The notes beneath the pieces are model-generated. The model did not search any database and had not been told where the DNA came from. It saw nothing but the letters and a program-made list of their open reading frames with translations. The position numbers were made by a program, and so were the translations under genes. A stretch of DNA of 64,000 nt, taken from Cirrosporium novae-zelandiae. Its lineage: Eukaryota. Location of the stretch: assembly GCA_026023565.1 (NCBI GenBank), contig JAPETS010000006.1, forward strand, positions 372,001 to 436,000. The letters are read 5' to 3'. Positions 23,660 to 34,410 of the stretch are shown here, one piece after another (the stretch's first letter is position 1; each line of letters begins with the position of its first letter).

Positions 23660-25951
23660 CTATGTCCATAATCTACAAGTCCCGTCCGCGCCTGCACTAA
23701 CAAGCCACGGCTCCCGGGGATGAAAGTCTAAATCCATAACGCCTAGCTGCCCGGTCACCTGATGACCCCTCAACACCTTCAACGGAACTATGGTTGCATT
23801 TTCCATCAAATCTCCCACTACCATGCCGTGCAGGACCTGGACGGTGCCGTCGTCGCTGGCATCGGCAAACAAGGGCAAGCCACCCTGGTGGAACCGCACG
23901 GCACGTACGGCGCGTTTGTGAAAGCGGAGGGTTTTGTAGGGTCGGACGGAGAGGTCCAGATCGTGCCATAGGAGGCGTTTGTCGTAGGATCCGACGATCA
24001 GGTTGTCGCCGCCGGGGTGCACGTCCAGGGAGGAGATGAAGCGGGCGCCTGGTTGTAGGATTTTTAGGAGTTCCTGTCTGGACAGGTCGTAGCATCGGAT
24101 GCTGTGCTGGGTGGCAACGAAGAATATCGGTTTGGATGGGTGGAAGGATGCCGCCTGTGGGAGGCCCTTGAGGCGGCGGAGGGGAAGCTGGGTTAGGTGC
24201 TTTGAGAGGGTGTGGATGGCGATGGCGCTAGATTGGCCTTGGGGGGAAATAGTGGAGAAGAATTCTCCCCGTCGGTGCCAGGTTATTACTTTGGCGGGTT
24301 TGCGTAGTGTGATTTTGATCACGACACCTGATGATGTGAGCCGGGGGGTTGGTCGTGTCCATTGGGCTGCCGTTTCTTTCTTTACGGCGTTGTTAGATTT
24401 CGCGTAACCCCATCCTGCATCGAGGACTTCATAACTTGAGTTTTCTATTTCGGGGTCACAGATAGGTGGCACTATGAGGAGTATATCGTCCCCTGAGGCG
24501 GCCGAGAGTATCAACGTATCCCGCCCTGGGCGCCATCGGACAACATCTATCGGTTCATCTGACAACTTGACGCTCCATACTTGTCTACCTGTCACTAGTT
24601 GCCAAATCCTGACGGTTCCATCATCACCACCTGTAGCTGCCCATTGGCCCATCGGATTAATTGCAATCGACCTAACGCGGCCATTATGCCCTCGGAAGAT
24701 AGCCGCACAAGATGTGGGGAATGGACGGAGGGTTTCGGGGCTTGGTAGTTTGGGAAGAAGTGATTCAGGATCAATGTTGAGCTTGGTTCGACGAACCCTA
24801 GGTGCTAAATACAGATCCAAACTCCTTTCGAATCGCTCTTTGATAAATTGGTCGTGGCCAGGAACTTTGCGGAGAGCATCATAGTTCTTTGGAAGATAGT
24901 CCTTTTCGCGATCCTCTTTATCTGCCTCTTCCCATGCTTTCTTCTCGCTTTCGTCTGGGATATATTCTGGTGGAGGGTGGTAGCTCAGATCGTATCCAGG
25001 CGGAGGTAGCTTGGGCGCGGGCATATTCATTGGATGATCTGGTCTGGGAGCTTCATTCGCCCAAATATCGTAATTAAATCGTTTCTCATCTGCTTCCTCA
25101 TCTTCCTCTTCGGGAGATCTATACGGTAATATCCTTCCCTCTCTTATAGCCTTTACGATCTTCATCACTCGTTTCGCTTCGTGTTTTGAAGGAACAAACC
25201 TCCTCTTTGGTTCCGGTGCAGCGCTCAGTGGTATAATTTCCTGCTTGCTCGTGAACCACTCCACCGTTGCGGGATAGGGATCATAGCCTTCTTCCGGAAC
25301 TTCATTCATTTGAATTTTGCGCAAGATTTCCAATTCTTCTTTGCTGAGCTGCAGAGGCTTCCCAGTAGCTGGGTCGGTGAGGCCTGTCCATCCTTCTGGT
25401 ATCTCAATCTTGTCAAGAAGCTCATCTAGCGCCTTAGGATTAGCTGGGCGGAGAATCCTCTTGCCATCAATGTCATAACCGATATGAGGGTACTGATCGT
25501 AGAAAGAAAGAGGAATGTTGCCAATCGTATTCGTCGTTTGGGGGGCATCAGAGTCATCAGAGTCATAGACAGGATCGATCTCATCGTATAAGTATCTGGG
25601 GTTTCCATTGGCATCTGTTGTAACGGTATAATTTGGCTGATCTTCTTCAGCATCAAGCTGCATATCATTTTCCTCTTTTTCGATGTTGTTTTTCTTTGAC
25701 TTGATTAGGTCGCCATTCACTTGTTCCTCATCAGACGGTATCTCATCACTTCCTATTTCTTCCTCCTCTCCATCTGAACCTAACTCGCCTCCTTCGTCTT
25801 CGTTGGATTCATTCTCGAAATCTTCGTCGTCGTCCCCACTCAAATCTAATGTGCCATTGAGAAGACCACCCTCGAATTCATCCCCAGAAGCAATACCCGG
25901 CTCCTCCTGGGCATCTCGTGTGATGGCCTTGCGCTTGCGTGATAGAGGCAT
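23660..25951 (-). CDS. ERB1: Ribosome biogenesis protein Erb1/BOP1 (PeBoW complex, WD40)
   Basis: Probable start MPLSRKRK at 25951. BOP1NT motifs [39 protein letters not shown] and [15 protein letters not shown]-terminal WD40 repeats ending [20 protein letters not shown]. Confidence 0.95.
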   Translation of the reverse strand: MPLSRKRKAITRDAQEEPGIASGDEFEGGLLNGTLDLSGDDDEDFENESNEDEGGELGSDGEEEEIGSDEIPSDEEQVNGDLIKSKKNNIEKEENDMQLDAEEDQPNYTVTTDANGNPRYLYDEIDPVYDSDDSDAPQTTNTIGNIPLSFYDQYPHIGYDIDGKRILRPANPKALDELLDKIEIPEGWTGLTDPATGKPLQLSKEELEILRKIQMNEVPEEGYDPYPATVEWFTSKQEIIPLSAAPEPKRRFVPSKHEAKRVMKIVKAIREGRILPYRSPEEEDEEADEKRFNYDIWANEAPRPDHPMNMPAPKLPPPGYDLSYHPPPEYIPDESEKKAWEEADKEDREKDYLPKNYDALRKVPGHDQFIKERFERSLDLYLAPRVRRTKLNIDPESLLPKLPSPETLRPFPTSCAAIFRGHNGRVRSIAINPMGQWAATGGDDGTVRIWQLVTGRQVWSVKLSDEPIDVVRWRPGRDTLILSAASGDDILLIVPPICDPEIENSSYEVLDAGWGYAKSNNAVKKETAAQWTRPTPRLTSSGVVIKITLRKPAKVITWHRRGEFFSTISPQGQSSAIAIHTLSKHLTQLPLRRLKGLPQAASFHPSKPIFFVATQHSIRCYDLSRQELLKILQPGARFISSLDVHPGGDNLIVGSYDKRLLWHDLDLSVRPYKTLRFHKRAVRAVRFHQGGLPLFADASDDGTVQVLHGMVVGDLMENATIVPLKVLRGHQVTGQLGVMDLDFHPREPWLVSAGADGTCRLWT

Positions 25952-26231
25952 GTTGTGAAGCGCAATATGGTTAGCTTCCCCAAGTCCAGGTGAGCTCGAT
26001 TTAGGTGAACAGCAATGGTGAAATTTCAAGAGTTTTTTTCTGGAGCTGTCGGATCGGAGAAAAGCAAAGTTCCGATAATAGAGGGGCCGAAGCGGCCCTC
26101 AGATGTCAACTTTCAACACCTTAGTAGCTAGTGTAAAGCAGTAGGTAGGTCTTTCGCTCTCTCGCTCTAATAATAATTAATCCTTTCTCCTTCAAGTACG
26201 GAAATAAGCTATCCGATCGTCTCTTTACAAT

Positions 26232-27576
26232 ATGGCCTCGGCTGATTCAAATATTGATGCTTCTGTTTGGCTTGATCCGACCTCAATTGGTGAGGGCTTG
26301 AGTACCGAGTCTCACAACTCTCCTCCAACAAGTAATGATAGCAGTGATAATCCCAAGAGGCACGCTGCATGTGATGAATGTCGTAAGTGAAAATGCTATA
26401 ATCTTGAGTCGCATACAATTAAACATACTTGTATTAGGTACTCGTAAATTAAAGTGCAGTGGTGAATCCTCAGGATGTTCGAGGTGTATTCGACAAGGAA
26501 TAAAATGCGATTACTCTATACAAAAGCAATTAGGGAGGCCAAAGAAACGAAAGCTTCGACATTCTTCCGAAGACATCTCTACAGACCCTACAGCTGGTGA
26601 TTCGGGAGTGTCTGTAACTGGGCAGGCTGACTTTTTCGAATTGCTAAATGGGGATGCCTTAACTGGGAATGAACAATCCTACAACACAACACAAGATGCA
26701 TCGACCGAAATTGATTTCAACTGGGGGATGTTAGACCTTCCTTCCAATATATCATCCTCGAATAATACACAAACAGTGTGAGTAAAGGTGTTGCTGTACT
26801 ATTTACATACTCTTATAAAAAGCAGACAACCATTGATGCCGAATTTCTCTGATGATACTGAGCTTTCGGTTGCGAATAACCATCTTGATAACGGTTGCTC
26901 CTGTCTGACAGACCTCTACCTTTCCCTCTCTACCCTACAATCAATTAAGCACCCCACCTTCCCTAGTTCTCTCTATGGCTATCGGTCCGCTTCCAGTACC
27001 GCAGCAAACGTCCTCCGATGTCCACAATGCCCGCAGAATCCGATGACGCGACTGCAAAACGTCATGCTACTGGGTACCCTGCTCCCCTTAATAGTATATG
27101 GATATCAGCAGCTTCTAGCTAGCATCGACCGAGAAGCCAGCAGCGAAAACCCAAGATCATTCCGGATCGGAGATTCCACACCAGCGCATCAGCATCTACA
27201 CACTGGCACACCCGACTGCCCGCTAGGGCTAAACATCGATCTAGATCCAGACGACTGGCGTCTATTAGCTCGAAAAACAATCAAGAAGGACATTCTCGGA
27301 AACGGGAACGAAGACACTCAAAACGGCTTGTTAAACCTAATCAACGAAATGGAACAACGACAGCGCAGATGGCATTCGGAGAAACCAGCCTGCATGAAAA
27401 AATTCTGGGAAGCCAACCCCCAGTGCGACCCGGCGTTGAATCCGGCGTTGGACCCAGCCCTAAGCTCGGGACAGGCGAAGGAGGGGTCGTTGTGTCTCCA
27501 GATTGTGGCTAATGCGAAGGCAATGCTCCAGCAGCTGGACGTCGTTCATGGCCAGGTTGGCTTGCGGGCAAGTTAG
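26232..27576 (+). CDS. Zn(II)2Cys6 transcription factor (short, AflR-like architecture)
   Basis: Introns 26383-26437 and 26778-26825 give ACDECRTRKLKCSGESSGCSRCIRQGIKCDYS...GRPKKR, followed by C-terminal CSCL and CPQC motifs. Confidence 0.88.
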
Positions 27577-28306
27577 TTGATGGCCTGGCCTGGTCTAGTC
27601 TGGTAGAGGTGCCGTGCCATAGACCAATTTTTACAGAATAATAAGAAATCGCGATATGCACTGCATGTATGCTAGCATCCAACAGATGGTGTCTTGATTA
27701 TTTGTTTGCAACTAAAGCGACCCTTCAAGGTGGTCCAAGCAAAATAAATAGACAACTATTATTAGCCTCTATCCGTCGTTGATTGCAGGTACCTTAGATA
27801 TACTCCCCCATAAAACAAGCAAAATCTATAGGAGGAAAGCGTAGAACAGAACTGTAACTCGTAAGATACTTCGACACCTAATAATAGATAATCGTAATAT
27901 ACATACATACATCTATACATACGTACCCCCCAAATTGTAGGACAGACGACTTTAAGAAGTACTCTTTCGTAATATATAACTGAAGATATTATAATGTACA
28001 AGCACATGATATAATCTACATAAGTCTCTCTCAGGACCCTAACTAGAGACTATAAAGAAAAAAAGAAAAAAAAAAAAACCATCGAGGTCCATATTTCCGC
28101 AGAACCATTCCCCCACCCGAGGCGACCCTATTAACCCCATTTCTATAACGTAGCTCATATATAAAAACGCCCCGAATTTAATAATCAGTGAGACATGAGT
28201 TTTTCTTTCTTCTTTGGTTTCGTTTCTGTTTGTTCCCATCATTCGTTCTTCCTTCTATAGAGTATTTATTCTCTTTTTTTGAACCATCACCGACACCACC
28301 CACCTC

Positions 28307-29326
28307 TCAAAGATCCAAATTCAATGCCTTTGCCATTTCGCTACAGGCATTTCGGTATTGAATATCTACTGCCTTGTGGACCTGGAAGGGATTGGGGGAC
28401 CTATCCCATGCATGACGGACCTTCTCGACGACCTCGCACGTAACGGTCTTCCCGAGTCGTTCTAGCCGCTTCGCGAATACTTTCCCCTCCGACATTAGCA
28501 TGTCGTATTCGCACAGGATCATGGAGACATTGTTAGGTAACATGCGGAGCTCCTCGTCCGTAGCGGTTGCGGGGGAGAGATGCACCGAGAATTTATCATC
28601 TGGGGTCGACATGTAGGAATTGTCGAAGAGGTTTGCGAGGGAGGGGGAGAGGGTCAGCTCTGGGCGGCAGCAGGTGGCGCGGCGCTCGTCGCGTGTCATG
28701 GTGAAGTCGAGGGCTGGGTAGAATGCTACGATGGATTTGATCTTGGGCATTTTCATGTGGTTGAGGGCTTCAAAGGCGTCGTGCGATTTCGTCGTGTAGC
28801 TGCTGGACTGCACGTATGCATGCAGGCGGAGGGGGACGGTGAAGGTCAGATTCGCCCCAGCAGAGAAGCCTGTCAAGGCGACGGCGGACATGTCTAGGTT
28901 GTATTCTTCCGCGTGCGCGGATAGCCAGAGCAGGGCTTCGACGCCGTCATCGACGGCGGCTGGGAATGGATATTCAGGCGCCAGTCGGTAGGCTACGCTG
29001 ATGAACACGACGTCTTCTACCTCCTCCAGCACGGCTCTAGCCCATCGACCGTCGTCTGTGGGCGATCCCAGCGTGAAGCCTCCGCCGTGGAAATTGACAA
29101 CCGGCCGCCATTTCTTTCCAGACTTTTCTAGGGCGGTGTAGTCTTTGGGTACGTAAAAGTACAGGTCGACGTTGGCAGCTGGGGCTGAGAGGGTGGCGGA
29201 GAAGTGCCGCACGAAGGACGGCTTGGTCGGACGTGGAATGGGCAATCGGTGGAAAAACATGCCAATGCGCATCAGGACTCTCCACCAGATAGCTTGCAGG
29301 CGTAGAACCCATCTTGGTGGTGACAT
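28307..29326 (-). CDS. erdH: HSL-family alpha/beta hydrolase; probable ergosteryl-aspartate hydrolase
   Basis: Intronless 339 aa. Oxyanion motif FHGGGF, YRLAPEYPFPAA, nucleophile GFSAG, Asp in CEYD, His in RHAW. Divergently adjacent to the AspRS-DUF2156 gene. The symbol rests on this context and the fold, not on an alignment. Confidence 0.8.
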   Translation of the reverse strand: MSPPRWVLRLQAIWWRVLMRIGMFFHRLPIPRPTKPSFVRHFSATLSAPAANVDLYFYVPKDYTALEKSGKKWRPVVNFHGGGFTLGSPTDDGRWARAVLEEVEDVVFISVAYRLAPEYPFPAAVDDGVEALLWLSAHAEEYNLDMSAVALTGFSAGANLTFTVPLRLHAYVQSSSYTTKSHDAFEALNHMKMPKIKSIVAFYPALDFTMTRDERRATCCRPELTLSPSLANLFDNSYMSTPDDKFSVHLSPATATDEELRMLPNNVSMILCEYDMLMSEGKVFAKRLERLGKTVTCEVVEKVRHAWDRSPNPFQVHKAVDIQYRNACSEMAKALNLDL

Positions 29327-30111
29327 TGTGTTTGTTTTTATCAGAGATGATGAATAGAAGGGTGTGCACGTGTGCCCACGAAGCCGCCAGTTATTCCGAG
29401 AATATGTGATGGAAGAAAAACAAGTGTAGAGAGGATCAATTATTGTACTAGAAATGATCTCGGTAATTAGCTCTTGAAGACTTTTCGAGAGATGGTTATA
29501 ATTTGATCAAGATTGTATGGGTAATGGTCGTACCCAAGTGTTAATTATAAGAGTCGAGGAGATAGATAACAAGGCGGGAGAGGGGGGAGGGGAACGATGT
29601 AAGGAAAAAAGGCCTGGAATAGGCCTTGGTCGATCAATTTATGTATCAATCAACGATAAAGTAACATGGCAGATGGGAGAAATAAATATCCTCTGCATTG
29701 GTTTATTAGTAAAAGTGTATTCTCTTTTTTTACGAGAAGAACCAGTTCCATGCAGAGAGAAGAGAAGAGAGGGAAAATGATGTAGCTCAAATGGAAGCCG
29801 GGGTTGGTTGCTTTGGATTCTCGCAACAGAAGCCATTTTTGTATAAGGCCACCGGTCATACAATGACGTTGCCATAAGGTGGCTTAGAGGCTCGAAAGAC
29901 TCAATAGGCTTGATTAGATAATTATATAAAGACGTTACGAATCCCACTACTTGGGGAAGAATACTTCTAATAATAATTTATTAAAAGATGGGAGGAAATG
30001 CTTTCTACTTTTATAATCTTTTTGAACAATCATCAAAAGTCATGTTCTGAGGCTAATAAATCCCACGACGGAATGGTTGGGCGCCGAATGGTTGGGTCCT
30101 TTCTTTCCTTT

Positions 30112-30150
30112 TTTCCTTTCCTTTCCTTTCCTTTCCTTTCCTTTCCTTTC
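30112..30150. repeat. (TTTCC)n pentanucleotide microsatellite
   Basis: About 7-8 tandem TTTCC units in the erdH-erdS intergenic region. Confidence 0.9.
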
Positions 30151-30420
30151 GTCTTTCTCGTCCTCTTCCTCTGCTCTAAGAAAATAAGAAAATAAGAAAA
30201 TAGGTGAAGACGGGATTCGGAGGTGGATATATGATATATCCGAAGCATAAATTATGGAAATTGTGGTTCTTTTCGCTTGATTTAATAACTCCGAGACCAG
30301 GATGATATCATGACTGCCTGGGGCATCAGACAGTGTGATAGTCCAAAACAAGTGTAAGTCAAGGGACCAACCACGGACAACCAACGATCCGATCCCGAGC
30401 CTTTCTTGTAGTTAGACGCC

Positions 30421-30445
30421 GAGCCACCGAGCCACCAGAGCCACC
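30421..30445. promoter_or_regulatory. Triple GAGCCACC direct repeat (GGTGGCTC on minus), Crz1/CrzA-site-like
   Basis: Copies at 30421-30428, 30429-30436 and 30438-30445, near the midpoint of the divergent promoter. Confidence 0.3.
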
Positions 30446-31539
30446 GAACCTTGGCTGCCTTGGAAGAGAGAATCTTTTCAGTTCCATTTCTTTCAAATTC
30501 CAAGGATTTCAAATGTTTAACCCAACTTCCCTACGTCATGTGCACAATGCTTGATTTAACATCAGGTACAAAGTACCAAGGCACATGAGAGATTCCCGTG
30601 ACAACGACTGACAACTCAACGAATGCGGTCATGGTCTGTTCATTAATTACTGATTAAACTTTCAAAGCTGTTTTTGTCTTTAATCTTGCCCCAGTTACCA
30701 CATCCGTCCATCTTCTATGCTGTTCGTTGATCTTTATTGACTTTGGGTAACAGATAATAAACGTACCTAGGTAGAGTGTAATATGTTGCGTAGTTGGTAC
30801 GAGATGAGAAGTTGAGAAAAGTTTGAATAAGCATTGGGCCAGTATGAAGCATTAAGAATCGGCAAAAGGGATTGGTCAAGACATCCGACTAAGAAACCCA
30901 CCCCCCCAAAGGAAGCCAGGGACCCTATCAGATGCCAGAGCAAAGCTCTTTTTGAAATGATTAAACTGATTATCAATCGACGTCATTCCTGAGCAAGCAT
31001 CTTGCAGCCCCCCAGTATCCTTGGCCAGCAAGTCGGGAACTTTGGAACTGGATGAGAAGTGGGATACATCCACCATCACAGTGCTTACTACTCAATCGGG
31101 GAACACTGGACTGACTGAAAAAATGTCTTTCTAATTATTCCTCTCTGCTATCAACGCAGTACATATTTGAATCCGCAGTATCCGGATATCCTTTTTCTTT
31201 TCCATCCGTGAATCCTCTTCTATTATTCATTTTTACCCAATTTCCTCACTTCCCTCTAGTTCCTCGCCATTCTGTCCTGCCTTGCCACCACTATCATCTC
31301 CTTGCATACTTATTTCCCACAACATTCCTCGTTGTACTTTCTACATTACATACTTCACAATTACTCAGAGATCTATTACTTAACCTCTTGCTGAAGTACG
31401 CGGCACCCCTCCCTTACAATCTCTTCTCAACCTTATTATCCTCCTTGATTATCCTTGTTCGACTCTACGTCATACTAGGCACCTTTCCTGGTGTCCCGTC
31501 CCTGAAGACGCCTCTCCTGTTGCCCCATCCACTGTAACG

Positions 31540-34410
31540 ATGGCAGCCATTGGCAACTCATTGCGAGAGGCTCTCTCAAAGGCCAAAGGCCGTATCTCGT
31601 CGCCTAGAGGTTCCCCACGAAGTTCGCCACGAACATCTACCGATACCGTTGGCAGTCGAGAGCAATTTTCTTCCTCTCGCTTCAATTCGCTCGATAGCGA
31701 TAGATCTGAATTATATTCCTCGAGCGATGATCTCGGTAATGACGAAGGCTCTCCCATGAGCAAAAGTCAGAAGAGGAAACATAATCACAGAAAAAGCCGC
31801 GAAATGAGGCGACTGGCTGCTGAGGAACGTGAGCGTGACCTTTCCAAGGAACGGCGGCGGAAGGATGAAGAAGCTAGGAAACTAGAACCCCCAGAGATGC
31901 AGGCGCGGTATGGGTTTTTACCATTGGTTTCAGAAGAGCAGGAATACCATCGCGACAAGGTCGATCAGATCACCATCGATCAAGTAGGGCAGGAGGTGAC
32001 CCTTCGAGCTAGAATTCATAGCATACGCCGGATGAGCGCAAAGCTGGTATTCTTTGTTTTACGACAACAAATCCTCTCTATTCAAGGTGTTCTTGAAGAA
32101 CATCAAAGCCAAGTATCAGAGCACATGGTTCAATGGGCAGAAAAGCTACCTACAGGAACGGTGGTGATAATCAAAGGGCTGATACAGAAGCCTCATGAAC
32201 CTGTCAAAGCATGCACAGTCCACGATGCTGAGGTGGTAATTAGAGAATTGCATGTTGTAGCAGCGAGGACAGACGCAGTACCTTTTGATGTTCAGGAGGC
32301 TGAAATGCGCATGCTCAAAGGCGAAGATGAAAGTGGTCATACAGTACACATCAATCTCCGGACCCGTCTTGCTAATCGTGTTCTTGATCTACGTACATCA
32401 TCATCACAGGCAATCTTCCGTATCAACGCTGCAGTGGGTAGCCTGTTTCGCCAGTACCTTGATTCTCAAGGCTTCATGGAGATCCACTCGCCTAAGCTGC
32501 AAGGAGGAGCGACCGAAGGTGGTGCCAGTGTTTTTGAGGTCAAGTACTTTGGAAGACCAGCGTTCCTCGCCCAGAGCCCTCAGCTTGCTAAGCAAATGTG
32601 TATCTCTGCCGACTTCGAGAGGGTATATGAGATTGGCCCCGTCTTTCGAGCAGAGAATAGCAACACCCATCGTCATCTTACCGAATACACCGGACTTGAT
32701 CTGGAAATGGCTATTGAAGAAGATTACCATGAAGCTCTTCGAATGATCGATGCCACATTGAAATATGTTTACAAGGGAGTCTACGATCGATTTCAACGAG
32801 AATTGGAAACAGTTGGTGCATTCTATCCCGACTATAAGCCTCTGACCTGGCTTGATGAGACTTTGGTCCTATCGTTTCATGAAGGCATCCAATTATTACG
32901 GGACTCTGGCTGGAAGGATGATAACGGAAATGAACCTTCTTATCTTGAAGATCTGAGCACACGCAGTGAGATTCGCTTAGGACAGTTGGTGAAAGAGAAG
33001 TACAATACCGATTACTACATCCTCGACAAATTCCCGACCTCAGCTAGACCTTTTTACACCATGCCTGATCCTCACGATCCCAACATTACCAACTCTTTTG
33101 ACATATTCTTACGTGGTCAAGAAATATTATCAGGAGGACAACGTATTCACGATGCCGATGTTCTCGAAGCAAATATCATCAAGGCTGGAATGAATCCCAA
33201 GAATTTGGAAGAATATCTGGAGGCTTTTAGATGGGGTATGCCTCGCCATGCGGGCGGCGGGATAGGCCTTGAACGAGTGGTCATGTTGTTGCTCTGTCTA
33301 GGAGACGTTCGCCTGGGGTCGCTTTTCCCCAGAGATCCCAAGTCCTTTCCACCCGGGCCTCCACCACCAAAACTGCGACACCTCGAGGCCTCGACGCTGA
33401 ATCCACCTTGGGAGAATAAGAACATTCCAGAATCCGAGCGAGAGCTTCAGCCCCTAGAGAAGCTCATTGCCAACTATGGATCCTCAACAAATACTTCCTG
33501 GTATGATGAACGTTGTCAAATCTGGAGAGATCCCAGTACTGGTGCAGCCATAGCCTATGTGCCGATGCATCGCTATGCTTTGATGCCAGGTGACCCACTC
33601 TGTGATGAGTCCCAATATGCAAAGGTTATTCAGACATTCCTTAAATGGCTTAAAAAGGAACTGCGCCTAAAACCAGTCTGGCTTTTGGTTAGCAAGGAGG
33701 TCGAAGAGGTGCTTGGTGCGAAGATGGGTTGGAAGTCATTCAGTTGTGTTGCAGAGCAGACTGTCGATCCTTCGAAAAACGCGGCAGAGGAGGACAGTGA
33801 TCTTGGCAGGAAGATTCGCCACGCACAACGAGGAGGAGTGAAAATTGTTGAGATACCTTTTGGTGAACCTGTTCCCGAGGATATCCGCCAGAAGTGTGAC
33901 GAACGCATTCAAGATTGGCTTAACAATCGCCACGGCACACAAGTGCGCCTCTCTTCAATCATTCCATGGCGGGATATGGAACACAGGAGATACTGGTATG
34001 CGCTGGATAAAGACGGCAAGATTTGCTCGCTGGTCATCCTGGCTCAGCTGTCTGTCAAGCATGGATGGCAAGTCAAATATTCATTGGACTTCCCTGGAGC
34101 TCCGAATGGAACTATCGAGTACATTACTATTCATGCAATGAATGCAGTTGCCCATACAGGTGCTACAACCGTCACCTTCGGAGGAGGGGCATCATCGAAG
34201 CTTACATCAGGCCACAATATGACTGGTGTAAAAGTTCGGGTTCTTGAGAAGTCCTACAAGGCCATTGCGGCAAATCTGCATCTCATCCGAAAAACCGAAT
34301 TCCGACAAAAGTTGGGTGCAACAGAAGATCTGATATATATCTGCTATCCTCCTGGTGGACTTGGGCCTCATGGTATCAAGGCTATTCTCGAGTTCTTTGA
34401 AGATGAATAA
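31540..34410 (+). CDS. erdS: Aspartyl-tRNA synthetase fused to a C-terminal DUF2156 aminoacyl-tRNA transferase domain; probable ergosteryl-3-O-aspartate synthase
   Basis: Intronless 956 aa. OB-fold (VTLRARIHSIRRMSAKLVFFVLRQ), TRLANRVLDLR, motif 1 PKLQGGATEGGA, LAQSPQLAKQ, motif 2 FRAENSNTHRHLTEYTGLDLE, motif 3 GGGIGLERVV, and the usual AspRS end FPRDP at about 33325. This is followed by about 350 extra residues (GDPLC, LDFPGAPNGTIEY, VTFGGG, FRQKLG) resembling the MprF/DUF2156 transferase domain, with no transmembrane helices. Confidence 0.9.
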   Translation: MAAIGNSLREALSKAKGRISSPRGSPRSSPRTSTDTVGSREQFSSSRFNSLDSDRSELYSSSDDLGNDEGSPMSKSQKRKHNHRKSREMRRLAAEERERDLSKERRRKDEEARKLEPPEMQARYGFLPLVSEEQEYHRDKVDQITIDQVGQEVTLRARIHSIRRMSAKLVFFVLRQQILSIQGVLEEHQSQVSEHMVQWAEKLPTGTVVIIKGLIQKPHEPVKACTVHDAEVVIRELHVVAARTDAVPFDVQEAEMRMLKGEDESGHTVHINLRTRLANRVLDLRTSSSQAIFRINAAVGSLFRQYLDSQGFMEIHSPKLQGGATEGGASVFEVKYFGRPAFLAQSPQLAKQMCISADFERVYEIGPVFRAENSNTHRHLTEYTGLDLEMAIEEDYHEALRMIDATLKYVYKGVYDRFQRELETVGAFYPDYKPLTWLDETLVLSFHEGIQLLRDSGWKDDNGNEPSYLEDLSTRSEIRLGQLVKEKYNTDYYILDKFPTSARPFYTMPDPHDPNITNSFDIFLRGQEILSGGQRIHDADVLEANIIKAGMNPKNLEEYLEAFRWGMPRHAGGGIGLERVVMLLLCLGDVRLGSLFPRDPKSFPPGPPPPKLRHLEASTLNPPWENKNIPESERELQPLEKLIANYGSSTNTSWYDERCQIWRDPSTGAAIAYVPMHRYALMPGDPLCDESQYAKVIQTFLKWLKKELRLKPVWLLVSKEVEEVLGAKMGWKSFSCVAEQTVDPSKNAAEEDSDLGRKIRHAQRGGVKIVEIPFGEPVPEDIRQKCDERIQDWLNNRHGTQVRLSSIIPWRDMEHRRYWYALDKDGKICSLVILAQLSVKHGWQVKYSLDFPGAPNGTIEYITIHAMNAVAHTGATTVTFGGGASSKLTSGHNMTGVKVRVLEKSYKAIAANLHLIRKTEFRQKLGATEDLIYICYPPGGLGPHGIKAILEFFEDE

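Noticed and set aside
23697..25077. Numerous antisense/alternate-frame ORFs over ERB1 (likewise over erdS, the PhoD gene and the C6 factor)
   Set aside because: Shadows of GC-rich coding sequence on the opposite strand.
26232..27576. Zn2Cys6 factor next to erdH as a dedicated regulator of the Erd pair
   Set aside because: Adjacency only. It is convergent with erdH and shares its promoter region with ERB1; nothing in the sequence links it to the pair.
31208..31537. 109-aa hydrophobic ORF directly upstream of erdS
   Set aside because: Starts at GTG and reflects a pyrimidine-rich leader/core promoter. It ends in a stop, so it is not a membrane domain of ErdS.
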